Positions 19,110-28,981 of a DNA stretch of 62,712 nucleotides are shown here, piece after piece. Under the pieces are notes generated by a model, which saw only the letters and a list, made by a program, of their open reading frames with translations, had not been told where the DNA came from and searched no databases. Both the position numbers and the translations under genes were made by a program. The DNA comes from a bacterium (GTDB lineage Bacteria > Patescibacteriota > Patescibacteriia > UBA2169): contig NZBL01000017.1 of assembly GCA_002687895.1 (NCBI GenBank), forward strand, positions 1 through 62,712, given 5' to 3'. Position 1 is the first letter of the stretch. Every line of letters begins with the position of its first letter.

Positions 19110-20912
19110 ATGGCTAAAACTCTAGAAAATCAGCTTAAATCACTTCCCCAATCTTCTGGTGTATACTTTTTCAAGGATAAAAAAGGGGTGATTTTGTATA
19201 TTGGAAAAGCAAACAAACTGCGCGATCGCGTACGGTCATATTTTGTTTCGTCTAACGACCTGTCTCATTCCAAGCAAATCATGGTAACTAAAATTGATTC
19301 AATTGATACTATTATGACATCAAACGAATCAGAGGCTTTGATTTTAGAATCTATTCACATTAAAAAACATAAGCCGCATTTTAATGTAGCCTTAAAAGAT
19401 GACAAAAGCTTTAACTTTATAAAAGTTGATTATCAATATGCTCGGCCAGTGGTTGCGACTGTACGCAGGCCTGAACTAGATCGCGGAAGATCCAAAGCCA
19501 GATATTTTGGTCCATATACTACAGGCACAAACATCCAAGAGACATTGAGATTCTTGCGTCGCATTTTCCCATACCGCAAAAAATCTAATGAGCCAACACA
19601 ATTTGAAGATGATCTACTGCACAAAAGAACTCTTGGCCCAATTCCAGAAACTGACCAAGAATACAAAATAATGATCAAGCGATTAATGCGCGTACTAGAT
19701 GGACATAGCGATGATGTTATTAAAGATCTGAAATTGAGAATGAGCGATCTTAGCAGAGCCAAGAATTACGAAAAAGCAGGCGCTGTGCGTGATCAAATCA
19801 AACAACTTGAGATAATGCAGTCCAGACAAAAAATAATGTCAGTTAAAGGCGAATCCCAAGATGTGATAAGTATTTACAAAAATGACAATTCAGCCGCTGT
19901 AAATGTATTTGTAATTCGCGCGGGCAAGCTTATGAATAAATTAAACTTTATCTTGCAAAATGTAGATGATGAATCCATGACAACGCTCTTGGATGCATTT
20001 TTGACGCAGTACTATTCAGAAGTAAGTCATCCTCCACATGAGCTAATATTGCCTGTGCGCACTAGTTTGACGCAAAGTGATCTTCACGCGATTGCGGGTA
20101 ACCGCATCAATAGAAATATAAAAATCACTATTCCAAACCACGGCAAAAAACGAGAACTTATCAAGCTTGGAGAAGAAAACGCAAAAGAGCACTTAGAAAG
20201 ATCACTAGTTTCGTGGGAGAAAGATGATCAAACAAAAACACTCAAAGACCTGCAAAAAGCTCTTAAGCTCAAATCCCCTATCAAGCGCATTGAGGGATAT
20301 GATATCTCCAATATCCAAGGTAATCTTTCAGTCGGCTCAATGGTTGTATTTACTAATGGCAAACCAGATAACAGCGAATATCGCAAATTTAAAATAAAAA
20401 CAGTTAAGGGTGCTGATGATTTTGCATCGCTTGCTGAAGTATTAAAACGAAGATTTACTCCAACTGACAGCAAGCGCAAAAAGAAATGGCCAAATCCAGA
20501 TTTAGTTTTGCTTGATGGCGGCAAAGGACAGTTATCTACAGTGATCAACGCTCTTCCTAATAGTAAGCCAATCAATTTTGATCATATTATTGCGATTGCC
20601 AAGCGTGAAGAAGAAATATTCCAAGGTAGGTCGCTTAAAAAAATTAATCTTGACCCTAACTCTGATGCCTCTCGCCTGCTGCAGCGAATTAGGGACGAGG
20701 CGCACAGGTTCGCGCAAAAGTATTATCATGCTAGGCACGCAAAAGCAGACACAAAATCTGTTCTAGATGAAATTCCAGGCATTGGGCCAAAAACTAGGAA
20801 ACAATTGATCCAAAAATTCGGATCAGTTGCAGGTATCCGAATAGCTGCAAAAGATGATATAATCAAATTAATAGGAATTGCTAAGGCAGATCGCTTGCTA
20901 GAAAACCTATAA
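19110..20912 (+). CDS. uvrC: Excinuclease ABC subunit UvrC
   Basis: It has a GIY-YIG N-terminus (SGVYFFKDKKGVILYIGKANKLRDRVRSYF), an endonuclease V-like domain and a C-terminal HhH. I prefer the ATG at 19110 (MAKTLENQL) to the TTG at 19053. Confidence 0.9.
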   Translation: MAKTLENQLKSLPQSSGVYFFKDKKGVILYIGKANKLRDRVRSYFVSSNDLSHSKQIMVTKIDSIDTIMTSNESEALILESIHIKKHKPHFNVALKDDKSFNFIKVDYQYARPVVATVRRPELDRGRSKARYFGPYTTGTNIQETLRFLRRIFPYRKKSNEPTQFEDDLLHKRTLGPIPETDQEYKIMIKRLMRVLDGHSDDVIKDLKLRMSDLSRAKNYEKAGAVRDQIKQLEIMQSRQKIMSVKGESQDVISIYKNDNSAAVNVFVIRAGKLMNKLNFILQNVDDESMTTLLDAFLTQYYSEVSHPPHELILPVRTSLTQSDLHAIAGNRINRNIKITIPNHGKKRELIKLGEENAKEHLERSLVSWEKDDQTKTLKDLQKALKLKSPIKRIEGYDISNIQGNLSVGSMVVFTNGKPDNSEYRKFKIKTVKGADDFASLAEVLKRRFTPTDSKRKKKWPNPDLVLLDGGKGQLSTVINALPNSKPINFDHIIAIAKREEEIFQGRSLKKINLDPNSDASRLLQRIRDEAHRFAQKYYHARHAKADTKSVLDEIPGIGPKTRKQLIQKFGSVAGIRIAAKDDIIKLIGIAKADRLLENL

Positions 20913-21013
20913 TATGCAAAAAACAAAAGCAGAAAAGAGAGAACAAAAAAAGCGCAATATGCGCAAAATGAAAGTACAAGGAGCTAGTGTTAAAAAACTT
21001 CGCAAACTGCAAA

Positions 21014-22351
21014 CTAAACAGTCGTAACTTGTCTTACAATGTCGTAAATATCAGCTGACTTATCAACCGCGAAAATCTCTGGAATATATTTCGCAATAGC
21101 GCTTGAGAAGTTGTCATTAATATCAACATCATCAAACTGCGCTAATGCGTGCTCAAGATATAATATTGATTCCGCAGCTTGGCTGAATCCAAGTGGAATA
21201 TCAAGATTCCCATGCCAGCCATATTCCAACAGCTCCCAAATAAGATCTGAAACAGGAGCTTTTTTAGATTTTGGAACAGATATGCCAGCTCCAAAATATC
21301 TATGTTCGCGCTGAATATTATTATAGTGGTTATGCAGCAAAACTTTTGCCGCAAGCTCTGGCTCTTGATTTAACAATGCATATAGCATTGCAATAAACTG
21401 CTTTCTTTCATCTGGCTCCAGAATGCCAGTGCCAAGCAGATGATTCATAATAACTGTATTTTTTTCCGCGATTTGAATATCACGAATATTTGGGCGCAGA
21501 ATAAATACCCCGCTAACTCCGTATTGATGCACCATTGCTTCTAACACATATCTAGATACGTATTTTTTCGCGATTCCAGGCTTTACTCCTCTTTGGGTTG
21601 TCTCTTTCATATTAGGATGATTCTGCCAAATCTGGGTTAAAACATTTTGGCTAGTGTATTCCCACAGCACTTCTGGTATGCTGATTTTTGCCTTGTCCTC
21701 GTAATGCGATTGCAAAATTTCCGCTCTTCCCGCGACTTGGGTTAAATCAGTCAGCATTAACGCTCTTTGCTCAAACTCATTAAATATACTTTCCCATAAT
21801 CCTATTTCATGATCTGAAACTTGGGGAGCATACCAATTATACAGCCATTCAATTGTTGAAACGCTTTGCGACAAAGACATAATTGCTTTTGGGTTGTTTA
21901 TTGTGATAAGAACTCTGCGGCCGTCTTCAAGAATGGCCTTATGGGTCTGGCTAACAAGATTTGCGCGATATTGCTCTGCATCTATATGAGTAATTTCCTT
22001 TTCAATATTTCTTCCAAGCTCTACTCGTAATATGCTTTTTACTTTTTTCTGGCTTAGTTCAGAAGCATGGGATTCATTGTTCAATAATGCTGTTTGATAT
22101 TGTATTGGAATAATATCGCTTCTGCTTGCTACAATTTTTCCAGCTTCCACAAATCCAGGGCCTAATTCAACCAAAAGACTAGCCAAAGACTGTGCATCTC
22201 CTAAAGAGCCAATAGTTTCTTTATGTCTCCTAAATCGCGAAAACGGCAATAAATGAACCAAATTATGATCATGCAGAAAATCAGAAAACCCTTGATCTGC
22301 TATTTTAGATGCTGCTTGTTTTAATTGCTGTTTTTTGACTTCTTTTATCAT
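21014..22351 (-). CDS. ABC1/UbiB (AarF)-like atypical kinase family protein, divergent
   Basis: LGPGFVEAGKIVASRSDIIPIQYQTALL resembles the ABC1 signature LGPtFIKlGQ..StR.DllP.ey. The rest is poorly conserved. Confidence 0.5.
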   Translation of the reverse strand: MIKEVKKQQLKQAASKIADQGFSDFLHDHNLVHLLPFSRFRRHKETIGSLGDAQSLASLLVELGPGFVEAGKIVASRSDIIPIQYQTALLNNESHASELSQKKVKSILRVELGRNIEKEITHIDAEQYRANLVSQTHKAILEDGRRVLITINNPKAIMSLSQSVSTIEWLYNWYAPQVSDHEIGLWESIFNEFEQRALMLTDLTQVAGRAEILQSHYEDKAKISIPEVLWEYTSQNVLTQIWQNHPNMKETTQRGVKPGIAKKYVSRYVLEAMVHQYGVSGVFILRPNIRDIQIAEKNTVIMNHLLGTGILEPDERKQFIAMLYALLNQEPELAAKVLLHNHYNNIQREHRYFGAGISVPKSKKAPVSDLIWELLEYGWHGNLDIPLGFSQAAESILYLEHALAQFDDVDINDNFSSAIAKYIPEIFAVDKSADIYDIVRQVTTV

Positions 22352-22366
22352 GTAATTATTATAGCA

Positions 22367-24529
22367 CTACCATTCATCCTCATCAAAAAATTGCACATGC
22401 TCATCATTTAGTTCTGATAGAAAACGCGAGGGAATATTGCCCACAATAGAGCCATGCAATGCGCGCTGGCGAGTATGAATTAAGTATAATCTATCCATTG
22501 CGCGCGTAATTCCTACATAGCAAAGTCTGCGCTCTTCTTCTAATTCCTGCGGATCAATTATGCTATTAGAATGAGGCAATAAACCTTCCTCTAATCCCAC
22601 CAAAAACACAGTTTCAAATTCCAAACCTTTTGCCGCGTGCAAAGTCATGAGTGTAAGCGCTTGTCCTGCTTCTGGATCATATGAATCAATGTCTGTGATT
22701 AATGATACTTCTTCTAAAAACGCTTCAAGCCCTTGCAATCCTTTTATAGCTTCAAACTTTTTTGCTACATTTTTTAGTTCTTCAATATTTTCTATCCGCT
22801 CCTCGCCTTCCTCTGCTTGGGCTTTTAGATAATCAAGATATCCAGAACGTGCTAAAAGCAGATCAATTATTTCTGTTACTGATAATTCATCAATTGATTG
22901 CCGCGCCCTGTCAAATACCAATGCGAATTGCTTTATAGCTTGCGCACGCTGGCTAGATAAACTATCCAGATCTTCTATACCTAGCATGGTTAAAAGTATG
23001 GATTGATTTTTAGCGCGCGCTAACCCTTGCACCGCGGATAATGATCGCTCCCCTATGCCGCGGCTTGGTTCGTTTATGACGCGAGCAAGGCTGACTGAAT
23101 CATTTGGATTTAACAAAAACCGCAAATAAGCCAATGTATCTTTTATTTCTTTTCTTTCGTAAAATCTTATTCCTCCAATTAAGCGATATGGCACCCCATA
23201 CTTAAGAAGGACTTCCTCTAAAGCGCGGGACTGCGCGTTTGTGCGGTACAGCACTGCAAAATTATTCCAATTAATTTTCTGCTGGCCAATGTCATATGGA
23301 ACTTTGCTTGGTTTGCGGCTAACTGAATCCACGTGCTTTGAACCCTTACCTTTACCCATTGTCCCCATTATCTTATCAAGAATTCCAGTGCCTTCTGATT
23401 CTGCTTCATAATCATAAGTAATTTCTTCGCTAGATTCTACCTCATGCTTTAAATCCGCATGGTTTGAGCTTTGAACTTCTTCAATACCTGAAATTTTTTC
23501 CAAAACCTTTTCTGCTTCCCGAACTTCATCAGAAACCTGCAATACTTCTGGCACATGTTCTCCGGATTTTTCTGTCCAAAGCTTTTTCTTTATTTGACCA
23601 GAATTGCCAGCTATTATGCTGTTTCCTAATTCCACGATTGGAACTGTTGAACGGTAATTTTGCTCAAGACGGATTACTAAGGCTCCTTTAAAATCCTGTT
23701 CAAATTCTAAAATATTGCGAATAGTAGCTCCTCTCCATGAGTAAATCCCTTGCCAGTCATCCCCTACAACAAATAGATTCTGGCGCTTTCCTGCAAGCAT
23801 GCGAGCCCATTCATATTGCACATGATTTGTGTCTTGATATTCGTCAATCATAATATAATGCCACATGTCTTGATATTTCTTAAGCACATCTGGGTGTTTC
23901 CTAAATAATATGACGCATTGCATAAGTAAATCATCAAAATCCATTGCATGATTTTGTTTAAGATAATTTTGATATGATGAATATAATCTACTAGCAATCT
24001 TCTCCACAGGTCCGCGCGCTTCAGGTTCAAATTCTTCAGGTGACAATAATTCGTTCTTGGCACGACTTATCATGCCCAAAACAGTACTTGGATTTACATC
24101 TTTTGGAGAAACTCCCTCGCGGCGCATCACATCCCGCATGCTTGCCTTTTGATCTGCAGTATCATAAATCACAAATGAGCGTTTGTAGCCAATCTTTCCA
24201 GTATCCTCGCGCAAAATACGCACGCAAATTGAGTGGAATGTTCCTAAAGCTGGAGATGATCCAAATCCGCGCCAAGTAACCCAAGCTTTTGGATTTTGAC
24301 GCAGCAAGGTCGCAGCTCTTTGGCGAAGCTCTGCCGCTGCTTTGTTGGTAAATGTTACCGCCAAAATCTGATGCGGTAAAACACCCTTTTCAGCTATCAA
24401 ATATGCAATGCGGTGTGTGAGCGTTTTTGTTTTACCACTTCCAGCTCCAGCTAAAATCAAAACAGGGCCTTGGGTAGCTTGCACAGCCTGAATTTGCTTA
24501 TCATTTAGTTCATGAAATAGATTTGACAT
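22367..24529 (-). CDS. pcrA: ATP-dependent DNA helicase, UvrD/PcrA family
   Basis: LNDKQIQAVQATQGPVLILAGAGSGKTKTLTHRIAYLI, a DEYQDT motif and C-terminal VGITRA are present. Confidence 0.9.
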   Translation of the reverse strand: MSNLFHELNDKQIQAVQATQGPVLILAGAGSGKTKTLTHRIAYLIAEKGVLPHQILAVTFTNKAAAELRQRAATLLRQNPKAWVTWRGFGSSPALGTFHSICVRILREDTGKIGYKRSFVIYDTADQKASMRDVMRREGVSPKDVNPSTVLGMISRAKNELLSPEEFEPEARGPVEKIASRLYSSYQNYLKQNHAMDFDDLLMQCVILFRKHPDVLKKYQDMWHYIMIDEYQDTNHVQYEWARMLAGKRQNLFVVGDDWQGIYSWRGATIRNILEFEQDFKGALVIRLEQNYRSTVPIVELGNSIIAGNSGQIKKKLWTEKSGEHVPEVLQVSDEVREAEKVLEKISGIEEVQSSNHADLKHEVESSEEITYDYEAESEGTGILDKIMGTMGKGKGSKHVDSVSRKPSKVPYDIGQQKINWNNFAVLYRTNAQSRALEEVLLKYGVPYRLIGGIRFYERKEIKDTLAYLRFLLNPNDSVSLARVINEPSRGIGERSLSAVQGLARAKNQSILLTMLGIEDLDSLSSQRAQAIKQFALVFDRARQSIDELSVTEIIDLLLARSGYLDYLKAQAEEGEERIENIEELKNVAKKFEAIKGLQGLEAFLEEVSLITDIDSYDPEAGQALTLMTLHAAKGLEFETVFLVGLEEGLLPHSNSIIDPQELEEERRLCYVGITRAMDRLYLIHTRQRALHGSIVGNIPSRFLSELNDEHVQFFDEDEW

Positions 24530-24574
24530 GAACTATAGTATAACGCTTATTAATTATATAGCCAAATACAATAC

Positions 24575-24602
24575 TTGACACTAATTTTACATGTGCTATA
24601 CT
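24575..24602 (+). promoter_or_regulatory. Sigma-70-type promoter of the yerC-like gene
   Basis: TTGACA (24575-24580), a 16-nt spacer and TATACT (24597-24602). Confidence 0.6.
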
Positions 24603-24654
24603 TTACTTTAATAAAGTACTTTATCCAACTAAAGTACTAATATTAGCCAAAACT

Positions 24655-24972
24655 ATGTCTAAATGGGATAACAAATTAACTAAAGATCTAATTGCCGCAA
24701 TACTTGAATTAAAGAATGAAAAAGAGGCAAAAAAGTTTTTTCGAGATCTGCTCACAGAGCCAGAACTTATTGAATTTGGCAAACGCTGGCAAGCAGCGCA
24801 AATGCTAAATAATAAGGTTCCCTACTCTGAAATTGTAGAAAAAACAGGTTTAAGTTCAACCACGGTTGCGCGTATTTCTAAGTGGTTAAATAAAGGCATG
24901 GGTGGATACAAACTTATGCTTACGCGTATTTCTCATCATCACAACCATTCTTTTGAGAAGAGGTTGTCTTGA
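24655..24972 (+). CDS. YerC/YecD family TrpR-related DNA-binding protein
   Basis: FFRDLLTEPELIEFGKRWQAAQMLNNKVPYSEIVEKTGLSSTTVARISKWL is typical of the family. Confidence 0.8.
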   Translation: MSKWDNKLTKDLIAAILELKNEKEAKKFFRDLLTEPELIEFGKRWQAAQMLNNKVPYSEIVEKTGLSSTTVARISKWLNKGMGGYKLMLTRISHHHNHSFEKRLS

Positions 24973-25051
24973 TAGTGTTATAAATTAACTATTTACAGAA
25001 CCCCTTCTAAAAAGAGAGGGGGTTCTTTTCACTTAACAATATGAGGACATC

Positions 25052-25249
25052 ATGTCTAGCCAGAAGCAAGAAGAACAGATCACGAGCAACGAAGAGAAGA
25101 TTCATCGACTGCAGAAGGAGCTTGATGCTGTCAGAGAACAATTAGAACAGCTACAAAGGTTCCGATTTGAAGTTGAATATGACGAATTGGTTAGAGATCA
25201 ACCAAGGAGGATCAAAAGAGCAGGATCTGATCCATGTGACGGTCACTAG
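25052..25249 (+). CDS. Small coiled-coil hypothetical protein
   Basis: The 65-aa ORF is E/Q/R-rich with heptad-like sequence (IHRLQKELDAVREQLEQLQRF) and follows the yerC terminator. Confidence 0.35.
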   Translation: MSSQKQEEQITSNEEKIHRLQKELDAVREQLEQLQRFRFEVEYDELVRDQPRRIKRAGSDPCDGH

Positions 25250-25277
25250 AAACTAAACAAAATAAAGGAGCGCGATC

Positions 25278-25781
25278 ATGGAACAACTTGTGCAGTTTTT
25301 TACCGAAGGCATTACTCAGGAAGATATGGGTTTGGTTGGCACTGAGATTGAGACCCAATTCATTACCGATGAATCATGCGTGTCTCAAACCTATAAACCA
25401 ATTACTCCACACCAATCCCAGGGAATATTCTGGTATCTCGTGGAAAAACTAGGTTGGTGCATTGCAGACCGAAAGAATATGCTCATTACAGAGCTACGTG
25501 ATAGTGTAGGAAACGCCATACGCTATGAGCTGGGTCGGCATAACATAGAAATTGCCACAATACCTCATAAGCGAGAACACCTTATGCGACATGTGGATGG
25601 CTTGCTTAATCAATTACGAACTGCTGCATGGAAAGGTGTACGAGCAATACCATGGCACAAACCAATCCTTAGCACTAGCGAAGATCTCTTGGTTGTGCCA
25701 GACGAACGAGATGAAATCTGGGTGCAGCGTGATGGGCGCAATGTGCTGTTATCTTTATTTAAACCTGATTCCGTATCGTGA
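25278..25781 (+). pseudogene. Probable N-terminal remnant of a glutamate-cysteine ligase / carboxylate-amine ligase family gene
   Basis: The 167-aa ORF has GTEIETQFI and YELGRHNIEIATIPH motifs reminiscent of GCS2-type ligases. It is less than half the usual length and runs into a different-frame ORF. Confidence 0.3.
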
Positions 25782-26091
25782 TAGCAGTGTATCAGGAGTT
25801 TTAGTTGAGATTAATAAAAAAGAACTTGAACTGTTAAAAAAGCGTGAACCTGGTTATAACCGTATTGATGTTACTTCTAGAATATACCCAAAACCCAACC
25901 AAAAAGTTATCTCGTTTATTGGACCAAATAATAACTACCCTGATTTACAAATTCTGCAATCATACATTAATACCCGTACTACATACCTTTCTAAAAAAGA
26001 ACAAAAACAATGGCTTAGTAACACAATCATAAAAAACAAAATTAAGAATGATAATCAAAATCCTGAATACAGTAATGCATCGACTATTTGA
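25774..26091 (+). pseudogene. Probable C-terminal remnant of a gamma-glutamylcyclotransferase (AIG2/ChaC-like) gene
   Basis: VSGVLVEINKKELELLKKREPGYNRIDV matches the V.G.l..i....l..LD.rE..Y.R..V pattern of GGCT-like proteins. The upstream half of ORF 25552-26091 is an alternative frame of the preceding ORF. Confidence 0.3.
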
Positions 26092-26124
26092 CAATCCAGC
26101 AAACAAATTGATACCATAAACTAT

Positions 26125-26301
26125 ATGAACACAACCACAGTAAAAACAAAAATTAGAAAAATTGAATCAGAACTCTCATTACTTAAAAGAACATTATTGC
26201 GAGAGCCAAATTTTGATATTGATGAAAAAAATTGGAAAAAAATAGAGCCAACTGTCCGACAAATACGAAAATCAAATGTCGCAGCACATAAACAAAAATA
26301 A
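26125..26301 (+). CDS. Small antitoxin-like protein (58 aa, below the ORF-track cutoff)
   Basis: ATG at 26125 gives MNTTTVKTKIRKIESELSLLKRTLLREPNFDIDEKNWKKIEPTVRQIRKSNVAAHKQK. It overlaps the start of the PIN ORF by 26 nt. Confidence 0.45.
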   Translation: MNTTTVKTKIRKIESELSLLKRTLLREPNFDIDEKNWKKIEPTVRQIRKSNVAAHKQK

Positions 26302-26736
26302 CAACATATTTCTGGATACAAGTATTATAATAGCCGCTCTTCTTTCTTCACAAGGCGGCTCTTTTTATATTATCATGCAACTTCATGATGAGTATCAAAT
26401 TGTGATTAATGAATATGTTCTAAAAGAGGCCCTTGATGTGATTAATAATAAATTCTCTATGGACAAGGAATTACTCAATACGCTATTTTCACTGCTTACT
26501 ATAGCGCACATAGAAATACTCAAAGACCAGAAAAATCAACATACTTATCTACAAAAAACATTATCAATCAAGAAAACGCGCCAATTCTACTATCCGCGCT
26601 AAAATATTGTGAGTATCTCATAACATTAGACAAACACTTCATTTATGAAAATGTCAAAAAATATGCGCTACAAAAACAAACCAATATAATGACACCAAAA
26701 AAATTTATCTCTTTACATAGAAAAAACAATATTTAA
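26276..26736 (+). pseudogene. PIN-domain toxin (TIGR00305-like) interrupted by a frameshift
   Basis: The N-terminal frame reads NIFLDTSIIIAALLSSQGG. The C-terminal PIN motif NAPILLSALKYCEYLITLDKHF continues to the TAA at 26734-26736 in another frame (461 nt total, not a multiple of 3). The shift lies near the A-run around 26550-26565. Confidence 0.6.
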
Positions 26737-26749
26737 TTTAGAACCTCAT

Positions 26750-26778
26750 TTGACAACACCGCCTATTTCTGCTAGTAT
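26750..26778 (+). promoter_or_regulatory. Consensus sigma-70 promoter of secG
   Basis: TTGACA (26750-26755), a 17-nt spacer and TAGTAT (26773-26778). The ATG is only 10 nt after the -10 box. Confidence 0.65.
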
Positions 26779-26788
26779 AGTCTCATTC

Positions 26789-27004
26789 ATGTTTTTACCA
26801 ATTCTTCAAGTTATATTCGCAGTTTTGTTAGTTACCGCAATCATAATGCAGCAAAAAGGCACAGGCCTTGGAGCTGCGTTCGGCGGAGGCGGCAATAATT
26901 ATAGATCTCAAAAGCGTGGCGGAGAAAAAGTACTTCATATAGCCACAATTGTATTTGCACTCATCTTCTTTGGTCTGCTTATAGCGGACATCTTCATTGT
27001 GTAA
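26789..27004 (+). CDS. secG: Preprotein translocase subunit SecG
   Basis: MFLPILQVIFAVLLVTAIIMQQKGTGLGAAFGGGG..., with two TM helices. The ORF-track TTG start at 26750 is the promoter -35 box. Confidence 0.8.
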   Translation: MFLPILQVIFAVLLVTAIIMQQKGTGLGAAFGGGGNNYRSQKRGGEKVLHIATIVFALIFFGLLIADIFIV

Positions 27005-27043
27005 TCCGCGTACATACTGCATCGTGCGCAGGATCACCTTATT

Positions 27044-28972
27044 ATGATCCATATTTCTCTTTGGACGAAGTTTACAGACTTATTACAAAAAAAATTCAAA
27101 AAGCTTTCAAGAAAGTCGCATTTTTCTTTGACCCAAAAACAGGACCAAGATTTTGTATTTGATGTTATTAAAACCAAGCATCTTCCAAGCTTAAAACAGC
27201 TAAAGTACATTGGAAAATTCTATAATGATACAGAAGTATTGCTTACTAGGGCTTCATTTTTTATAATGCTTGTTTCCAGCATAGTGCTAGGCGTAATATT
27301 ATATCAAAACTATGTCGTAGAGCAGCCTTCTATAGGGGGCGAATATGTGGAAGCTGTAATAGGCGCGCCTACATATATTAATCCGTTGTTCGCGCAGACA
27401 AATGACATTGATCAGGATATTTCCCGCTTAATTTTTTCCAGCCTAATGAAGCTGAATGAAAACGGACAGCTTGTGCCTGATTTAGCCCAATCATACGAAA
27501 TCGATGAAGCTCAAACCACATATACTTTTACATTAAAGCAAAACATAATGTGGCATGATGGCGAGGCTCTGGATTCCAACGATGTTCTGTTTACAGTAGA
27601 AAGCATTCAAGACCAGGATTTTAAAAGCCCGTTGTATGTAACATTTAGAAACGTGCAGATCCGCGCTAGTGATGAGCGCACAATAGTATTTACTTTAGCA
27701 GAGCCTTTTGCGCCTTTTCTTTCTGTTATGACATTTGGAATTCTTCCAGAAAGGCATTGGTCTGATATAGAGCCAAGCCACGCTATATTAGCAGAACTCA
27801 ATTTAAAGCCTATTGGATCTGGCCCCTATAAATTCAAATCTTTAACTAAAGATAAAAAAGGAAATATCAAAGAATACAAACTTGAGCGATTTGATAAATA
27901 TTATGAAGAAGGGCCTTTTGTTAAAAAAATATCCTTAAGATTTTTCAGCACTTTCCAAGAAGCTCAATCAGCTTTTATTGACGGCAATGTGGATGGAATA
28001 GGGTTCTTGCCCCAATACCAGCAAAATGAGGTGGAGGGCCATATAGATGAGCATAAATTTTCCCTTCCCCAATACACAGCTCTCTTTTTTAATCAGGCAA
28101 GCAACCCGGTTCTTGCGGACAAAAATGTCAGGTTAGCCTTATCGCTTGCAACAAGCAAATATGAAATTATTGATACTGCTTTTGGAGGAGACGCAATACC
28201 AGTTGATGCCCCAATTTTAGCGGGAATGATCGGGCATACAGAATCATTAAACACAACATTGTTTGATCCAGCGCTCGCGGCAAAAATTTTAGATGACGCA
28301 GGATGGAAGCGCGTATATAATGAATCAAAAGAAGATGAACAATCTGTTCCAGTAACTAGCGGAAACAGCGCTTTAGGACTTAACGACCAGCAGGCAAAAA
28401 CATATACAAGGGAAAAAACAATAAACAAAGAAGAAAAAAACGAACTAACAACCCTTGAATTAAACTTAACCACCATCCAAAGGGATGAAATGATACAAGT
28501 TGCGCAAACCCTTAAAAACCTATGGCAGACCATAGGCGTAAAAGTAAATCTGCAGATTGTTGAAATAGGAAAAATACAAAAAGACGCCATTAATCCACGA
28601 GCATACGAAATTCTATTGTTTGGCCAGATTTTAGGGCGAGACCCAGATCCATACCCTTTCTGGCACTCATCCCAGTCCAATAATCCAGGATTAAATCTTT
28701 CTTTGTACTCCAACAAGGAAGTTGACGAGCTTTTAGAAGACGCGCGCAGAACTTCCAACACAGAGGACAGGGAAGAAAAATATATTGAGTTCCAGCAAAA
28801 ATTATTAGAGGATATTCCAGCTATTTTCCTATACAGCCTTCAATATACTTATTTGACTCCAAAAAATATAAAAGGAATCGCCACACAGCGAATTAATCAT
28901 CCTTCAGACAGGTTCAGCAACACCACATCTTGGTTTATAAAAACTAAAAAAAGATTAAACTTTAATTTATAA
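27044..28972 (+). CDS. ABC transporter substrate-binding protein, family 5 (OppA/DppA-like), with an N-terminal membrane anchor
   Basis: The 642-aa product has a TM helix (FFIMLVSSIVLGVILY) followed by typical SBP_bac_5 sequence (LVPDLAQSYEIDEAQTTYTFTLKQNIMWHDGEALDSNDVLFT). Confidence 0.85.
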   Translation: MIHISLWTKFTDLLQKKFKKLSRKSHFSLTQKQDQDFVFDVIKTKHLPSLKQLKYIGKFYNDTEVLLTRASFFIMLVSSIVLGVILYQNYVVEQPSIGGEYVEAVIGAPTYINPLFAQTNDIDQDISRLIFSSLMKLNENGQLVPDLAQSYEIDEAQTTYTFTLKQNIMWHDGEALDSNDVLFTVESIQDQDFKSPLYVTFRNVQIRASDERTIVFTLAEPFAPFLSVMTFGILPERHWSDIEPSHAILAELNLKPIGSGPYKFKSLTKDKKGNIKEYKLERFDKYYEEGPFVKKISLRFFSTFQEAQSAFIDGNVDGIGFLPQYQQNEVEGHIDEHKFSLPQYTALFFNQASNPVLADKNVRLALSLATSKYEIIDTAFGGDAIPVDAPILAGMIGHTESLNTTLFDPALAAKILDDAGWKRVYNESKEDEQSVPVTSGNSALGLNDQQAKTYTREKTINKEEKNELTTLELNLTTIQRDEMIQVAQTLKNLWQTIGVKVNLQIVEIGKIQKDAINPRAYEILLFGQILGRDPDPYPFWHSSQSNNPGLNLSLYSNKEVDELLEDARRTSNTEDREEKYIEFQQKLLEDIPAIFLYSLQYTYLTPKNIKGIATQRINHPSDRFSNTTSWFIKTKKRLNFNL

Positions 28973-28981
28973 CTAAAACAT

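Noticed and set aside
20914-21027. A 37-aa highly basic ORF (MQKTKAEKREQKKRNMRKMKVQGASVKKLRKLQTKQS) starting 1 nt after uvrC
   Set aside because: It has no Shine-Dalgarno sequence, it overlaps the 3' end of the convergent ABC1-like gene by 14 nt, and an A-rich spacer easily yields Lys-rich frames. It is kept only as a very weak candidate.
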